Source: Tubulanus polymorphus (lineage: Eukaryota > Animalia > Nemertea). From it: DNA of 64,000 nucleotides. A model generated the notes under the pieces. It did not search any database. It was not told the DNA's origin and worked only from the letters and a program-made list of their open reading frames with translations. The stretch lies in contig NC_134035.1 in the NCBI RefSeq assembly GCF_964204645.1, positions 11,316,451 to 11,380,450 on the forward strand. Reading direction: 5' to 3'. The translations under genes and the position numbers were made by a program. This document shows, piece by piece, positions 31,016 through 44,289 of this stretch (positions are counted from its first letter, which is position 1; each line of letters opens with the position of its first letter).

Positions 31016-32756
31016 TAGCTGTCATTCATCATTTGTAATAGATCAAATCTCATTTCAACTAACAATAGTTGTAGACACGTTTAAGAAAACTAACACCATT
31101 GTTTATTGACATTTGTGCAAGTTTATCTATTACCAGGTACATAAGGCGCAAAAAAATTGAAAATAATTTCTGGAAGTCGAAAGGTAGCAGCAACTTACTG
31201 TCTTGTGTAGAATTTTATCTGCAGTCAGTCGTGTCGCACAGTTCAAATGTTTCGCAAGTTAAAAACAGTTCAGTCAAAATATATTAAACTTGCTTGAATT
31301 CAAGAAATTCCAAATTAAAAGTAGTTTATTTCAGTGACGATATATTACTAGTAAAAAAGAGTTATATTCAGTTTAATTTTGAAAATGCTACGAATAAAAA
31401 GTTTATTAATTTCATTAATTCTAAGAATTTATTTAAGGATTTAACAGCGGCTGAGTTCAAATTGCACGATTCATATTTCACTGAAAAGCCACTGTTTAGG
31501 CCAATGATGAAAATAGCAGGTTTTCAAAACAAAGCGGCGAAGTTCAGTTGCTCGGGTAAACTAGTGAGGTGAGGCGTCCATTGCCGAACCTCGAGTAATC
31601 AGACTGAATCCAAAGCTAGTCAGGTCCCAGATAGCAAAACATGGCTTATCCGGGTCCAGAAGTTACTGAGGCGAAAGTAAGGCTTAGGCGTTAGGCAAAG
31701 TGACCAAGTCATTTGACCGCAGCTGGTCCGTGCTACGATTTTGGCCCATCTCGACGCAAATGGCGACCCATTCAAGCACTTGGAGACTCCATTTGCATAA
31801 GTTGCTTATTGCAAAACAGATATACTTTATCGCAATATGAGGGATAACGATGATTCACTGATGATTTTCGGGCCGATCTCTTGCCCGGGTTTATGACCAG
31901 CGGATGCTGTGGCAAGCGATGAGAAAGCGTAAAATTGATTAATAAACTGCATTTGAATTTCAATTGAATAGCCATATATTTATGAATTGAATTGATCTGA
32001 AGGTCGTGTGGGTATTCAATTAAATTGAATTTTATTGTAGAAAATTACACTGGTTGACAAAAAGGTCGATGTTAGATCCTATAACTGACAAAAGGTTACC
32101 CTTAACAAACTGTGGCATTTATCGAGTAATTAAACGAGACTTATTTGTAAGTTGAAGTGTGGTTGTTGCTGTAATTTAAGGTCAATCGAAGTTTGAATGT
32201 AATTGTCATTGTGAAGTAGTAAGTAGTCTAGTATACACTTTGGTTGGGGCGGGGATACCCCTCCAGTCCACTCCAGCACAGTCCAGGATTTGACTTGGAT
32301 TATTTCATTTTCAAAAGCTGTGGTTGGGTTTGCAGCCATGGGGCTACTCGTAGTTAGTTATAATCCTAGTTAGTTACCTAATCATTGGTGGTAAGCTATT
32401 TTAATGGGATGGGCTCGTGGTTTGTGGTTAATTTCTGATCGTGAAACTGAACTGGCACTGGCACAGACCGGTTACTGACCACATTAATTAATTGCGTGGG
32501 GTGAAAACCACCACAATGCCTGAGAATGCGTAGCTATGCTAGCCTAGCAGCCATAATCTGGGTTGTCCCCTGATTTACGTGCTTTAATGAACTTAACGCA
32601 CAAATTTTTTTAACTATAGGATATAGAAGATTTTGGAATGGTCGTCTGAGCCTTTAAAGAATTCGAAGAATGAACAAATGAAATGTGGATGAAAATCTTC
32701 ATTTCGGAATGAATTGATAGCATTGAAATCGTCGAGAGCGAAACAAAGAAGTGACG

Positions 32757-33917
32757 ATGTTGTATCGCAGCAATTTCGACAAACATTTTTCTAAAGTTGT
32801 CACCGCCAGAAAATTGTTTATTCGCCTAATTTTCTGTCTGTGCGTGGTCGGCGTATTGATGATATTACGAACGTCTTACCACTGGATCGCCGTGGGCGAC
32901 GTCGACGATCGATTGATGGATAAAATCTTGCGAACCGATTTGAAAACGTGCGCGAAGAACTGTTTTCCACGAATGAACATCGATGAATCGTTCCCGAAAT
33001 TCCCGTGTCTGACGGGAATCCCGCCGTCGGTGAATCGTACGAGTTTAGTAATCGTCGTCGCGAGTCAAGCGCATTTAAAACACGAACGCGATCTGACGCG
33101 CGCGATCTGGACGCGACGTCGAGCGTACGACATCGACGTGAAATTCGTACTCGGTAAAACGCGGTTGACGACGTCGCGACGCGAGTCGTTGCTACGCGAG
33201 ATGAACGACAATAACGACATCATCGTCGGCGACTTCGACGACACGTATCGTAACCTGACGCTGAAAACGATCTTCGCGATACGTTGGGTCGTTGCGAACT
33301 GTCGCCGCGCGAAATACGTGATGAAAACCGACCACGACGTCGCTGTTAACATTGACAACTTGATGACGATGCTCGCGCTCGACGCTCCGTCCGGGATCGT
33401 CGGCGACTGTTTCGGCCCGTTTGCGCCGATACGCCGACCCGATGACAAGTGGTACACGCCGATGTCCGAATATTCGCTGTCGTATTTTCCGAAGTATTGC
33501 TCGGGTATCGGTTACGTGGTATCGATGAATGCGGCGCGGGCGCTCGTGCGGCTGTCACCGGTCGTGCGTCCGCTCGCGATGGAAGACGTCTACGTCGGTT
33601 TATTACTGTCGAAACTCGGCGTCGAGAAACGACGCGTGCGCGGGTTCGATCGAGTTCGCTCGTGGGCGCCGCAGAGCGACGAATATTTCTGCGATTGCGT
33701 CATCGCTGGACATGAATATACGTTCTCGGAAAGAGAGACGAACGGTCGAGCCGTTCTCGGTAAACGTTGCGTAATGCGCGGCCGATTTCATTGTTTCCTA
33801 CTGATATTAAGAGCGCGTTACGTATTAACCTGTCTCGCAATTATAGCGTCTTTTATTTTAATTAGATGTTTGGTAGTTTTCATGAGATTCGCTATTTATC
33901 GTTATTTCAAGCGTTAG
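32757..33917 (+). CDS. GT31 beta-1,3-galactosyltransferase-like glycosyltransferase, single coding exon
   Basis: Type II N-terminal TM; motifs DIIVGDFDDTYRNLTLKT, KTDHDV, KWY, PKYCSGIGYVVS, EDVYVG. First ATG at 32757 (the ORF track starts at a GTG). Possible 5' UTR intron 31569-32619. Confidence 0.9.
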   Translation: MLYRSNFDKHFSKVVTARKLFIRLIFCLCVVGVLMILRTSYHWIAVGDVDDRLMDKILRTDLKTCAKNCFPRMNIDESFPKFPCLTGIPPSVNRTSLVIVVASQAHLKHERDLTRAIWTRRRAYDIDVKFVLGKTRLTTSRRESLLREMNDNNDIIVGDFDDTYRNLTLKTIFAIRWVVANCRRAKYVMKTDHDVAVNIDNLMTMLALDAPSGIVGDCFGPFAPIRRPDDKWYTPMSEYSLSYFPKYCSGIGYVVSMNAARALVRLSPVVRPLAMEDVYVGLLLSKLGVEKRRVRGFDRVRSWAPQSDEYFCDCVIAGHEYTFSERETNGRAVLGKRCVMRGRFHCFLLILRARYVLTCLAIIASFILIRCLVVFMRFAIYRYFKR

Positions 33918-35199
33918 CTCCCAGAAAACTTTAGAATTTTATCGCCCCGGAGGCATTCCGAGCGTTTTTGGGGATGTTGAATTTAATTTACCACTCATCA
34001 ATCCAAAATACTTCGAAAATAAATCTGCTCTGGCGTTTGATGTCTCGAAAGCAAAAAATCATTCTTGAAAAATCCGAAAGTACCGCTCAAGTGGTAACGG
34101 CGGTAGGCTGGATCAGCACCCGGTAATCTTTGACTGATTTTATAGACTGGTAATATCTTAAACCCAGGGGTTAACTCAATTGAGTTAACCGCAGGTTTGA
34201 GATTATTCCAGTCTATGAAACCTGCCCATGGTGTTTGAAACTGTGTTTAGATATGTTCAGATCATCTGATAGTAATCCTAATATTACCGGTTATTTAATT
34301 GGTCCTAAATGATCCAAATCATGTGGGCTTCATTGTATGTACAGTTGACCTAGCATAATTCAATTCAATTTTTAAAGTGCTTTTGATCATAAAATAGGTA
34401 TAATTCTTCTAGCCTGACCATTGATGAAGCACTCCATCAATGATGAAAGATGACGTAGAACCCATCGCCATGAACAAAATGTTTTCCAGTATTCCTGAAG
34501 GTAACTGTTAGGATATTTACTTTAATGAACTTTAGCCCAAGGAAAACTTTCGATGTCTTTGAATTCAAATCTAGATTTCTGGGATAAACTGATGAAATTC
34601 TTGAGTGATGATATAAGCAGGTTTTACGTATACGGCAGTAATTAGAAATGATAATCAGTATTAGTTAGCACAACGTAGGGCTAGCGTAATGAGATTAATG
34701 ATAATAGGTGTGATCGATGCAGCCGGATTGAACCCTCTCAGGCATACATACCATTCTCTCAATTATTGATGGTCATGGCTCTACCAGTGTTCAGTGTTCA
34801 TACTGAAATGGTGAAAGGCTGAATGAGGGTGTTCCAGACTGCAGATATGTGGTATTTGAAAGAAATCAAAATACACACATAGGTGTCTTAAGAAGGGCTA
34901 TTCTTTGTCTCGCCAAAGAATGAATGGAAAATGTCTCAAATGTCTAATATTGTCTTATCATGAATGGAAACTGTTTTTAGAACACTTTCACATGTGTTCA
35001 ATGATTTTAGTTTGTATATTTACAATGCATATTGTATCTAGATAAGCGTTTGTTGTTTTATTTCTCAAAAAAATTATACTGTACATTCCACTGTTAAAAA
35101 TTCCATTTGACGATGAATAAAATAGATAGAGTCAACCAAATCGTTTTAGTCGAACCAGCTTAAGGAGCTTTCTAATTGGTTCTCGGGCTTCCGTGAGAC

Positions 35200-35325
35200 C
35201 CCTTGTACTGTGTCTGTCCGTCTTCAACTACTTCGTTAAAAGTGGGTCGATCTTGATAACAATGTTAGTTTGGGGGGCCTAGTCGTGAAGTGCAAAGAAT
35301 GGGCGTCCCAAGTGGGCTAAAAACG
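35200..35325. mobile_element. Fragment resembling non-autonomous Helitron/Helentron-associated (HINE-like) elements
   Basis: TGTCTGTCCGTC tetranucleotide-like motif and a GCTAAAAA terminus; resemblance only. Confidence 0.35.
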
Positions 35326-37681
35326 ATAATCTGTTAATTCAGTGTGTTATTTTATATACATTAAAATAACGAAAACCAGGCGGCTACGTAAATTCGGAGG
35401 GGAGCTGTTGGAAAACAAGTAATTTATTTTATGGCCTTGTTTAAGTTCCACAACTTTTGTTAAGCTGGCTACTGGGGCGTGTGCAACCCGGCAGTAGAAC
35501 CTTCTATAAGCTTTCAATGTAAATACAATGGAGATACACAATTGCGGTTTTTCAGAGTTGTTGATATCATTCGCACGCGCTATTGAGCAAAATTGGAATA
35601 CTTCACCGACTGACCACCGGTGTGTAAAACCATAGCTCGCAGGCGGGGCCTGACACAAAAGGTTTTTGACCCCAGTATCCTAGGTACTATGTATAAAAAT
35701 AACCACCAGACTGAAACATCCATGCTGGGCTAACCCAACAGACAAGAGAGCTACAAAAAATATGTTAACTTTTGCAGCAAGAAATAAAAAAAAGAAACTT
35801 TTATACAGAATTGAACTAAGTTAAGTTTGCACGAAATCGTTTCAACCCAAAAACTAATCATTCTACGCTTTACGCCAATATACAGGATAACGTCCTATCT
35901 CCGCTAATACTTGCATGCAATGAATGGGAATATTTCGTAACTTTCATGATAATTTTACAAAATAAACAGATGAAGGCTTTCTAATAAAACCACATATGAC
36001 AAATACGGCATCTAGTAGGGCTGGCATATTATAGTACGGGACTTAGTTTTGTTCAACTTACGAGCATGAATAGACCCCACGATCATTCGACTATGACCAT
36101 GTGAAATCTGAATGAATCATGCGATTCATATACCTTCCACAGCCCCAAATCTCCAATAATTTTACCACCTAATTTGCCAACCAACCTCCTTGCAGAATGA
36201 ATATATTTCCAGGGTCGGTTTTGGGTTTTTAATGAGATTGTAAACTAGGCATACTTTCAATATTTTGGAAACTAATGTTCATATTCATAAACATGTCTTT
36301 TTAATCAGATGTATTTGCCTTTATCCATCGCTTCCTCAAAGGATTTCTTCACAAGATTCTGATAAAATGGCCACCCTGTCATTGATGTAGACTTCGGGTG
36401 CTCATTTTTATGGGACTGTTTGAGTTTGATCTTGACGTGAACAAATCTACGCAGTGTCATTTGAACTTCTAGACATCTCCTGAGATGTTTTACTCTCTCA
36501 TTCGACCACACCCTATAAAGTCTAGCAATTGAAATTCGATTTGCATAGATCTGCCCTCGTGGTGTGAGCTTCAAGCCCAAGCTACTTCATCGGTTTTAGT
36601 GGTTAATTGTTAAGCATCCATAAAGTTATATCCTCGTACTTTCGATATTTCCTTTTCGATTTTGTTTATGTTGCTAATTCTTCATTTCTCGTCAAGGCTT
36701 TTGAATTGCAGTTGAATATTGTATTGTAATGGTGGATACATGGGTGGGCCTACCTTTCCTTTGCTTTACATTTTCCATTGTACGGTCCTAAGGAGCTAAC
36801 TGTTTCTAACATTTATTACCCGAAGATTCAGTGTTTCGCTGCTATCTTTCAGTGGGCCAACGAGTTGTTGTTTGTGAAATCTGCTAAAATCTACTGTTCG
36901 GATAATATCATTTAATTATCTAGCTATACCGCTGAATGAATCCAATATGGTTTATTATCTTAGGATACTACAAGACACGAACGACGTAATCTAAGCAAGA
37001 TAAGTAAACGGTAGGCCTTTACAAATACGGGCAGAGTATATTAATCGATTAGTTTATGTATTCGCCACAGTATTTAGGGGCAGCACTAGACGATTGATAT
37101 TTGACAGAGCTGTGGCATGTGAGCAGGAAATTCAACCGCGATTCTTTTATCTAACCCTCACAATTAGATATTAGTCAATAACCCTAGGTATTAAATCTAA
37201 TTTCATTAAAAATAAACGATAAAACATCGATCAAAACGGGTTTTCAAATGACGTGGACTGAAAATAAATTCCGTTCAATAAAATATATACATTTGGGTTT
37301 GCATTTGATCGTAGACTTCGGGCGGAATTTCTCCACAATCGTTCATTCGAGTACTAGTCTTTGACACGATCAGATGGCGTTCTCTCGAGCTCTTCAGCTT
37401 TTGCTGTTTTTCCTGGCGGTTTTGTGGCGCGGTGTTTTTCGGAGTGGTGGCGTGGCGCCGGTGGCGGTGGATGGAGTTATGTGTGCGGTGGATGGAGTTA
37501 TGTGTGCGGTGGATGGAGTTGTGTGCGCGGTGTGTGCAAGAGGAGTGAATGGAGTTTATATGTGTCGTATGAATGTGTGGTATATTTTATATCTTATTTT
37601 TTTCATTATTTTTCTATATTATTTTTGTTTTTTCATTTTTTTTTCTTTCATTTCATTCGTCCCTCGCCCCCGCCCTCTCAA

Positions 37682-38308
37682 TCTCAGGGTTTCAACTGGC
37701 AGCGGCGGAGTCGGAGTTCTCTAGTGTGGCCTCGTCCCACCCAGCTAGTGGCGGAGTGCTGGTGATGCGGATGTTACTACAGGGTACCTGCGATCAGAAT
37801 AAGATGGGGGCGGTAGCAATCTTCGACTGAGGGGGCTGTTGGATCTTTAGGTCCCCAGTTTGGTCCATTCTAGTCTGAATCTGCTGGTTCATTGCCTAAG
37901 GCTACCCATTGGCATCTTGCTGATGGGCTCCCCGTTCACCCAGTTTTTCCTCTGTCATCTGGGTGTCGGTTGTCTTAGGTGGTGTGCTCAATTCTCAATT
38001 GGGTCCCCAGTTAGGTCCATTCTGGTCTGAATCGGCTGGTTTCTTCGCCTAAGGCTACCCATTGGCAGCTTGCTGATTGGGCTCCCCGGTCACCCAGTTT
38101 TTCTCTCTCATCTGGGTGCCGGTTGTCTTTTGGTGTTGATGCTTGAAGATCGGATATCCCCCGAAGCCGAAGTTGTTTGTCACTTCCCGTCTTACTCTGA
38201 TTGCGGGTCCTCCGTAGTAACACCCGTGTCGTCAGCACCCCGCCACTAGCTGGGACGAGGCCACGTTAGAGAACTCCGACTCTGCCGCTGCCAGTTGGAA
38301 CCCTGAGA
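37682..38308 (+). ncRNA. Long fold-back hairpin (arms 37682-37852 and 38141-38308) with a directly duplicated structured loop
   Basis: Arms alignable over ~170 bp; most substitutions give G-U pairs on +; loop contains two ~135 bp direct copies (37850-37984, 38002-38135). Confidence 0.6.
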
Positions 38309-39288
38309 ACTAAGACTTTGCTGTTATCAGCCAGAAGTTCTGTGCTGACTTCTTTCTCTTTCTCAGGTTAGATCAAATATGATGTAAAGCCGTTAAAACC
38401 ATGTATTACCAGCGTCTATATGGTTGTACTTCAATTAAAGCCGTAAAACTCTGGAAATTTTATTTTTCATCCAAGGTTCTTTCCCCTTCCATCAAAATCT
38501 TTCCCAATTTTTCTTGTCGCAGCAGATGATATCGTCTATATTGTATTCGTGAACTCTGTAATCTCGAACATCTTTTGTGTACTTCAAATACATCGTTAAC
38601 TCTGTAGCTTCGATTTCTGATTCAGACCCCTCATCCTGGCCTTTCATCATTTTCTTCATCCACTATCAAAGTTAGATATAGTCGCAAATTGTCTTGTTAA
38701 TCAATGATTATGTACTGTTTAATTTCAGCTCATTACTTGGGGCAATAGTGATATATCAGGGGTTGATTTTTACTAATTCAAAAATGCAGGTGTTTGATTC
38801 TCAGAAAAAACAGCCTGGCATTAGGAGGGGCTAGTGGTATTTTGGTGTTAATTTCTTACTAGCTCTAAGGCAAAAAAACTCTGACATTCCGTTCTCAAAA
38901 AACCTGGCTTATCGTGTTGGGAAGAGGTACATGGTTTGGCTGTATATGTACCCAGACACGAATGGAGCTGGCATAAATCTGTGGCACAATAATAGTTAAT
39001 ACTAGGCATAGGGATAGGGATGGTTATGAGATGATTAAAGCTTTCTCAAACCACAGTGGTCAGGCTCTGTCTGACAAATATTTTGACCTAATATATAATA
39101 TGCTCTCTTCATCTTGTCATTTCGCTAGACAGAAGTCAAACTCCGAAGGTGGGAAGTCTGGTGATACCAACATCCATAATCCGACTCCGGGACTGAGTCC
39201 GATGGCACCCTTGGACGTTCCAACAACATCATTCCCTAGTCAACACACGGGACAAGCAACTTGGAGGATGAAGACATCAACGCAACTA

Positions 39289-40170
39289 TGTCTGCACTTC
39301 AATTTAAAAAAAACTTTAAAAATATGTAAAACTTAGACAAAATTCTACCTTGTAAACTTTCGGACTACTTCGATTTTTGAAAAAAAAATTATGTAAGATT
39401 GACTGCTATATCTGCACTTCGATTTAAAAAAAAAAACTTTAAAAATAGGTAAAACTTAGACAAAATTCTACCTTGTAAACTTTCGGACTACTTAGATTTT
39501 TGAAAAAAAAATTATGTAAGATTGACTGCTATATCTGCACTTCGATTTAAAAAAAAAACTTTAAAAATAGGTAAAACTTAGACAAAATTCTACCTTGTAA
39601 ACTTTCGGACTACTTCGATTTTGAAAAAAAATTATGTAAGATTGACTGCTATATCTGCACTTCGATTAAAAAAAAAAAACTTTAAAAATAGGTAAAACTT
39701 AGACAAAATTCTACCTTGTAAACTTTCGGACTACTTCGATTTTTGAAAAAAAAATTATGTAAGATTGACTGCCAATCACATAACTATATCTGCACTTCGA
39801 TTTAAAAATAAAACTTTAAAAATAGGTAAAACTTAGACAAAATTCTACCTTGTAAACTTTCGGACTACTTGGATTTTGAAAAAAAATTATGTAAGATTGA
39901 CTGCTATATCTGCACTTCGATTTAAAAAAAAAACTTTAAAAATAGGTAAAACTTAGACAAAATTCTACCTTGTAAACTTTCGGACTACTTGGATTTTGAA
40001 AAAAAATTATGTAAGATTGACTGCTATATCTGCACTTCGATTTAAAAAAAAAAAAACTTTAAAAATAGGTGAAACTTAGACAAAATTCTACGTAAATTTT
40101 CGGACTACTTCGATTTCGAAAAAAAATTATGTTAGATTGACCGCAGATCACACAACTATATCTGTACTTC
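39289..40170. repeat. Tandem array, ~120-bp unit, ~7 copies
   Basis: Unit TATCTGCACTTCGATTTAAAA...ACTTAGACAAAATTCTACCTTGTAAACTTTCGGACTACTTCGATTTTGAAAA...GATTGACTGC. Confidence 0.95.
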
Positions 40171-41371
40171 AAACGAGAGCCTGAGATCAACAACTCATCT
40201 AAAATCTGCCGATGAGAGAACAGCTCACATAACGGGCCAGTTTGAATTCAACTCATCAGCCAACAAACTTAGATGATCCACGTCGATATTGAACCCAGCA
40301 ATCATAAAAGGTAACTTGATGTACATGGAAAAATTTTGATTCATTCTAAATGAAATCTTTTGTCATTACAGGATATCTTCTTATGATCATTGCAGCTAAA
40401 ATTCAACTATACGAAAAAGCCCAGCTTGAGATCAACTACTCGTCCAAAATCTACAAACTGGAACGGTGCACAGAAAAGGCCAGAACTGAACCCAGCATTC
40501 TTTAAAGGTAAGTTGATATACATGTACATGGAATTACCGGTATATAGAAATTTCAAGCCTCGTATGAATATCATTTAATAAGTGGCTATCATCAAAATCT
40601 ATTTACCGGTCCAAATGGCTGATCTTTTATCTTCACTAGTCTTAAACAATGATAAACTAGTCCTACTACTGCTATTAATAATTGGGGTTTAAATCGGCAA
40701 TTGACGTCAATGAATTTTACTTTGTGAAAAACACGGTGGCCTGTAATTTGAAATGACATGTAAATTATGATAAATCTGACTGAAATGTTTTGCTTTCTTC
40801 ACTTTGTTTCAGCCAAACTAACATCATCGAGAAGACACCCACAACGATTACTGATTGACCCATTTGCTGATGAAAATTGCAGAAGCCCAGGTGATAAGTT
40901 TAGGAGCCAGCGACGGATAAATCACTCAACGATGCATTCTTCTACAATCAGTGGTTGATTTCTATAAAACATTTTATCAGGGGCAGCATAAACAATAGTG
41001 CATGTTATAAACACTGAAATCCAGGAGCGGCGAAGATAATAGCGCACTTCTGTAGTAAAGTATTGATTATTTTACTTATCCCCCTTTTTCAAACCAGTCT
41101 GATGGATAATATAGTGTTTTCGAGGAAACTATTTTATAATATTTTATGCAATGTGAGAGTCTAATAAAAGCTTAGCTCCATTAATTCAAGATATTGGTCT
41201 TCGATCCTTGGTCGATAGATAAGTCAAGTTAGGTTAGTGACAAGGGGTAAATGTTGGCGTCGAGCGCCTAGTTTTGACTCGTAGGTCTGTTGAGTTAACT
41301 CCTTAACTGAGATATAGTTTCAACATCATATTGTGAGTTTTATCATGCTTTAGTAGTTAAACATAGTCAAC
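40135..41371. repeat. Segmental duplication copy 1 (paralogue at ~45005-46468)
   Basis: Colinear blocks from GATCACnCAACTATATCTGTACTTC to TAGTTAAACATAGTCAAC. Confidence 0.9.
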
Positions 41372-44289
41372 CCTGTCTTGCTAGGCCCTTTCAGGCCTCA
41401 TATGACTATTGTTTAACTGACAATCAAGATATAGATAGAACAATTTACTAATTAACCAATCGCTTAGATATAAGCAATCATACAATATCTTGTAATGTTT
41501 GATGAGAAATTCTTCTGGTGTAGATATTTCAAGGCCCCATATACATTTAGGTCGGCTTTACTTAAAGATATATCAATTCAACTTTATCGTCGGTTAATAG
41601 ATTTTTCTTTACAAATAATATATTGATAAATTTATAAAGATTGAGGCCATACTTTACAGTATATACTGTGTGCTGCCTCACACATAACAATAATGAATTT
41701 CATAAGATAGTGTCTAGGGCTCTATCGAGGTCTGGTGTTATATGGGGAAAACTATGGACTACGGGTCTTTATGAAACAGTGATTTGGTCTCAACACTTTG
41801 ACAAATCCAGAATAAACCAAAGCTTTAATTGATTTAATTCATTCCTGAAACACTGCGTCCTGTTTTGGGCGAAGCATGATAATTATTGTTTGACTGACAA
41901 TTAGCATAAATACAGCCAGGAAAAATGGCTTAGATATTCACAATTAAGATGAATTCAATATTTGATGTTAGATCAAAAACTTTTTATATCATAAATATTT
42001 ATTGAAATATAGCTGAAATATATAATATATTTGAGCACATCTTGAATCAGTCTCATTGACTGATCAGTTCTGTATCGCCAACTGCTGCGCTTACGATGAC
42101 TAGCCATGCTTTTCAATATTGCCAAAATTTACTCTAACCTAACTGATTCAATTAATATCTAAAAGCCATACTGTGTGTCAAGTGACGCATATTGGATATA
42201 GTTAATCGACAATTAGAATCTAAGATGAATTACTCATTAACGTATTACTTAGATCGATTAAGGTTAATTCAATTGTTATGTGAAATTATTTCTAATTCCA
42301 TGGACATTTAAAATGTAGCTGATACATGTGTATCTGAGCACATTTATTTATCTGTATCTAAGTGAACCTATTGTGTCTTCATACAGCTGTATTAGTTTTG
42401 ATACATATTGCCAAAATCATTTCACGCAGATTTACTTCCGATCGAAGGGAGATAAAACAAATCTGTACACAAATACATTCCTGGATTTGGAAGAGGGAAT
42501 ATTTCAATTTCACTGTGTATGTCAGATTGAAAGCCTTATTCTGACAGGATATCCTAAACTTAGGTCTTATTCCTCTTGCTAATAGGTCTCTTTTACTAAC
42601 CCCTCTCCTTCAAACTATTTTCTAGCATCATGACTCGCACCGCACCAGGGAGGTCCGGTCATAACAAGGTCTTTCGGTCCTTATACACAGTGTACTGTAT
42701 ACGGGAAATAAAGATTATATAGCCATTCGGCTAAGGGAATTTCTATTTTACCACTAAAAATATGCTTTTTTATCTTTAATTTCTGATGAATTCAAATAGT
42801 GACGAATTCACCACATCTGAAATTCTACTCATGTAGATTTTCAGGCTCCATATAAATATTGTTCAACTGACAATTAAAATATAGCTAGTATGATTACTAA
42901 TTAATGGTTCGCTTAGATACCTAGAATTCAATTAAAATCAATTCAATATAATGAATATAAGTGAAACTTATTCAAAATTGTGCAGTGGATGAGACGACTG
43001 TATCGTGCAATGTCGTTTGCGTCTAACTGGGCCACATGTGTGTGGGATCTGTTGAATCAGTTAGGTTTTGGGGAATTCTGGGTTAGTTAAGCTAGGTATC
43101 AAAAGCTCTGATGCAAAATCAGCAGTTCAAATAGTGATTAATTCAAATTCGTACCGGATCTGAAATTCTTCTCGTGTAGAAATTTCAAGCCCCTTATAAA
43201 ATATTGTCCGAGACAATTTCAATTATAGCTAGGACATTATCAATTAACTAATTGATTAGGTATCTAATTCAGCATCTTCATATAAGGTGAAAGTGCTCAA
43301 ATCTAAACCATAGGGGTTGATAAGACAACTGTATTATTTAATATTGATTGATATATAAAGAATACTGGTTAACTGTTTAAACTCTGTCTCTTGTGCGTGT
43401 GAATCTTTAAGGCTTTGCAGAATTCTGGATTTGTCGAGGTGTGGGAATGATTCAAGGTTTCTTAAATCTGTAGAACCATGTTACTTATAGGATCAGTGTG
43501 CTCAATGCTGGCAGCGCACTCACTCTTCAGTTAGTTATATTATCATAATTACAAGATCATTGTATATATTAGGAGCAATATTTAGAATTAATGAAATGGA
43601 TTAGAATACCATTCACTGGGTACAGATGTCACCACCTATGGGTAGAAAATATCTCTTAAGTTTATTAACTGACGATGAAGTTAATTTGATAATACGAACA
43701 TGGTTTTGCTGACAATCGAAATATATATATGCCAATATTACTAGCAGGTTTGCACTGTATGATGGGCCTGGGTTTCAATAAAAGACACATCAATAATTTC
43801 AAGAAGATAGAAAAGAATACAGTTCAAAAACGATTTGCCAAGATTGATTATGCATTACTAAATTTGTTGTAACTCTGGTATTCCTAGAGATGACTATAGA
43901 TGCTTTAGTTGAATTGTTGTTAAACTAAAAATAATCAACCATTGCTTAGATGTTTAGAATATAGATGAATTACTATATGAGTTGAATTTCATAAATATCA
44001 TTTAAGACTATTATAAAAAATCTACATAACGATCCACATTGCTGATCTTATATATGAATTGACATGACAATTATGACCAGTGATATTCGAAAGCATTTTC
44101 TGCTCAAAAGGTTCTGCTCTTTTCTTCAGCTTGCCGTTTCAGACTGATTGGAAGATAGTTTGAAAGAACCAGAATCGAATTTCCCAATTATGTACTTCGA
44201 TTTCAGACATACTGGAGAAAAACTACAATAAACTTAAAAAAATTAGACAAATTTAAACGGTGAAAACGACAAAAAAATTTAAGTTAGAC

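Noticed and set aside
33065-33791. Overlapping and antisense ORFs within the GT31 gene (likewise within the GPCR)
   Set aside because: Shadow ORFs of real coding sequence, with no recognisable motifs.
37361-37830. ORFs of 85-134 aa at the start of the non-coding locus
   Set aside because: They run through a 21-mer repeat and a T-rich polypyrimidine tract, are open in several frames, and have no protein-like features.
40866-40900. Other CTGATGA/CTGACGA motifs (also 34589, 43668, 45841, 48604) as hammerheads
   Set aside because: No stem II followed by GAAA and a cleavage triplet.
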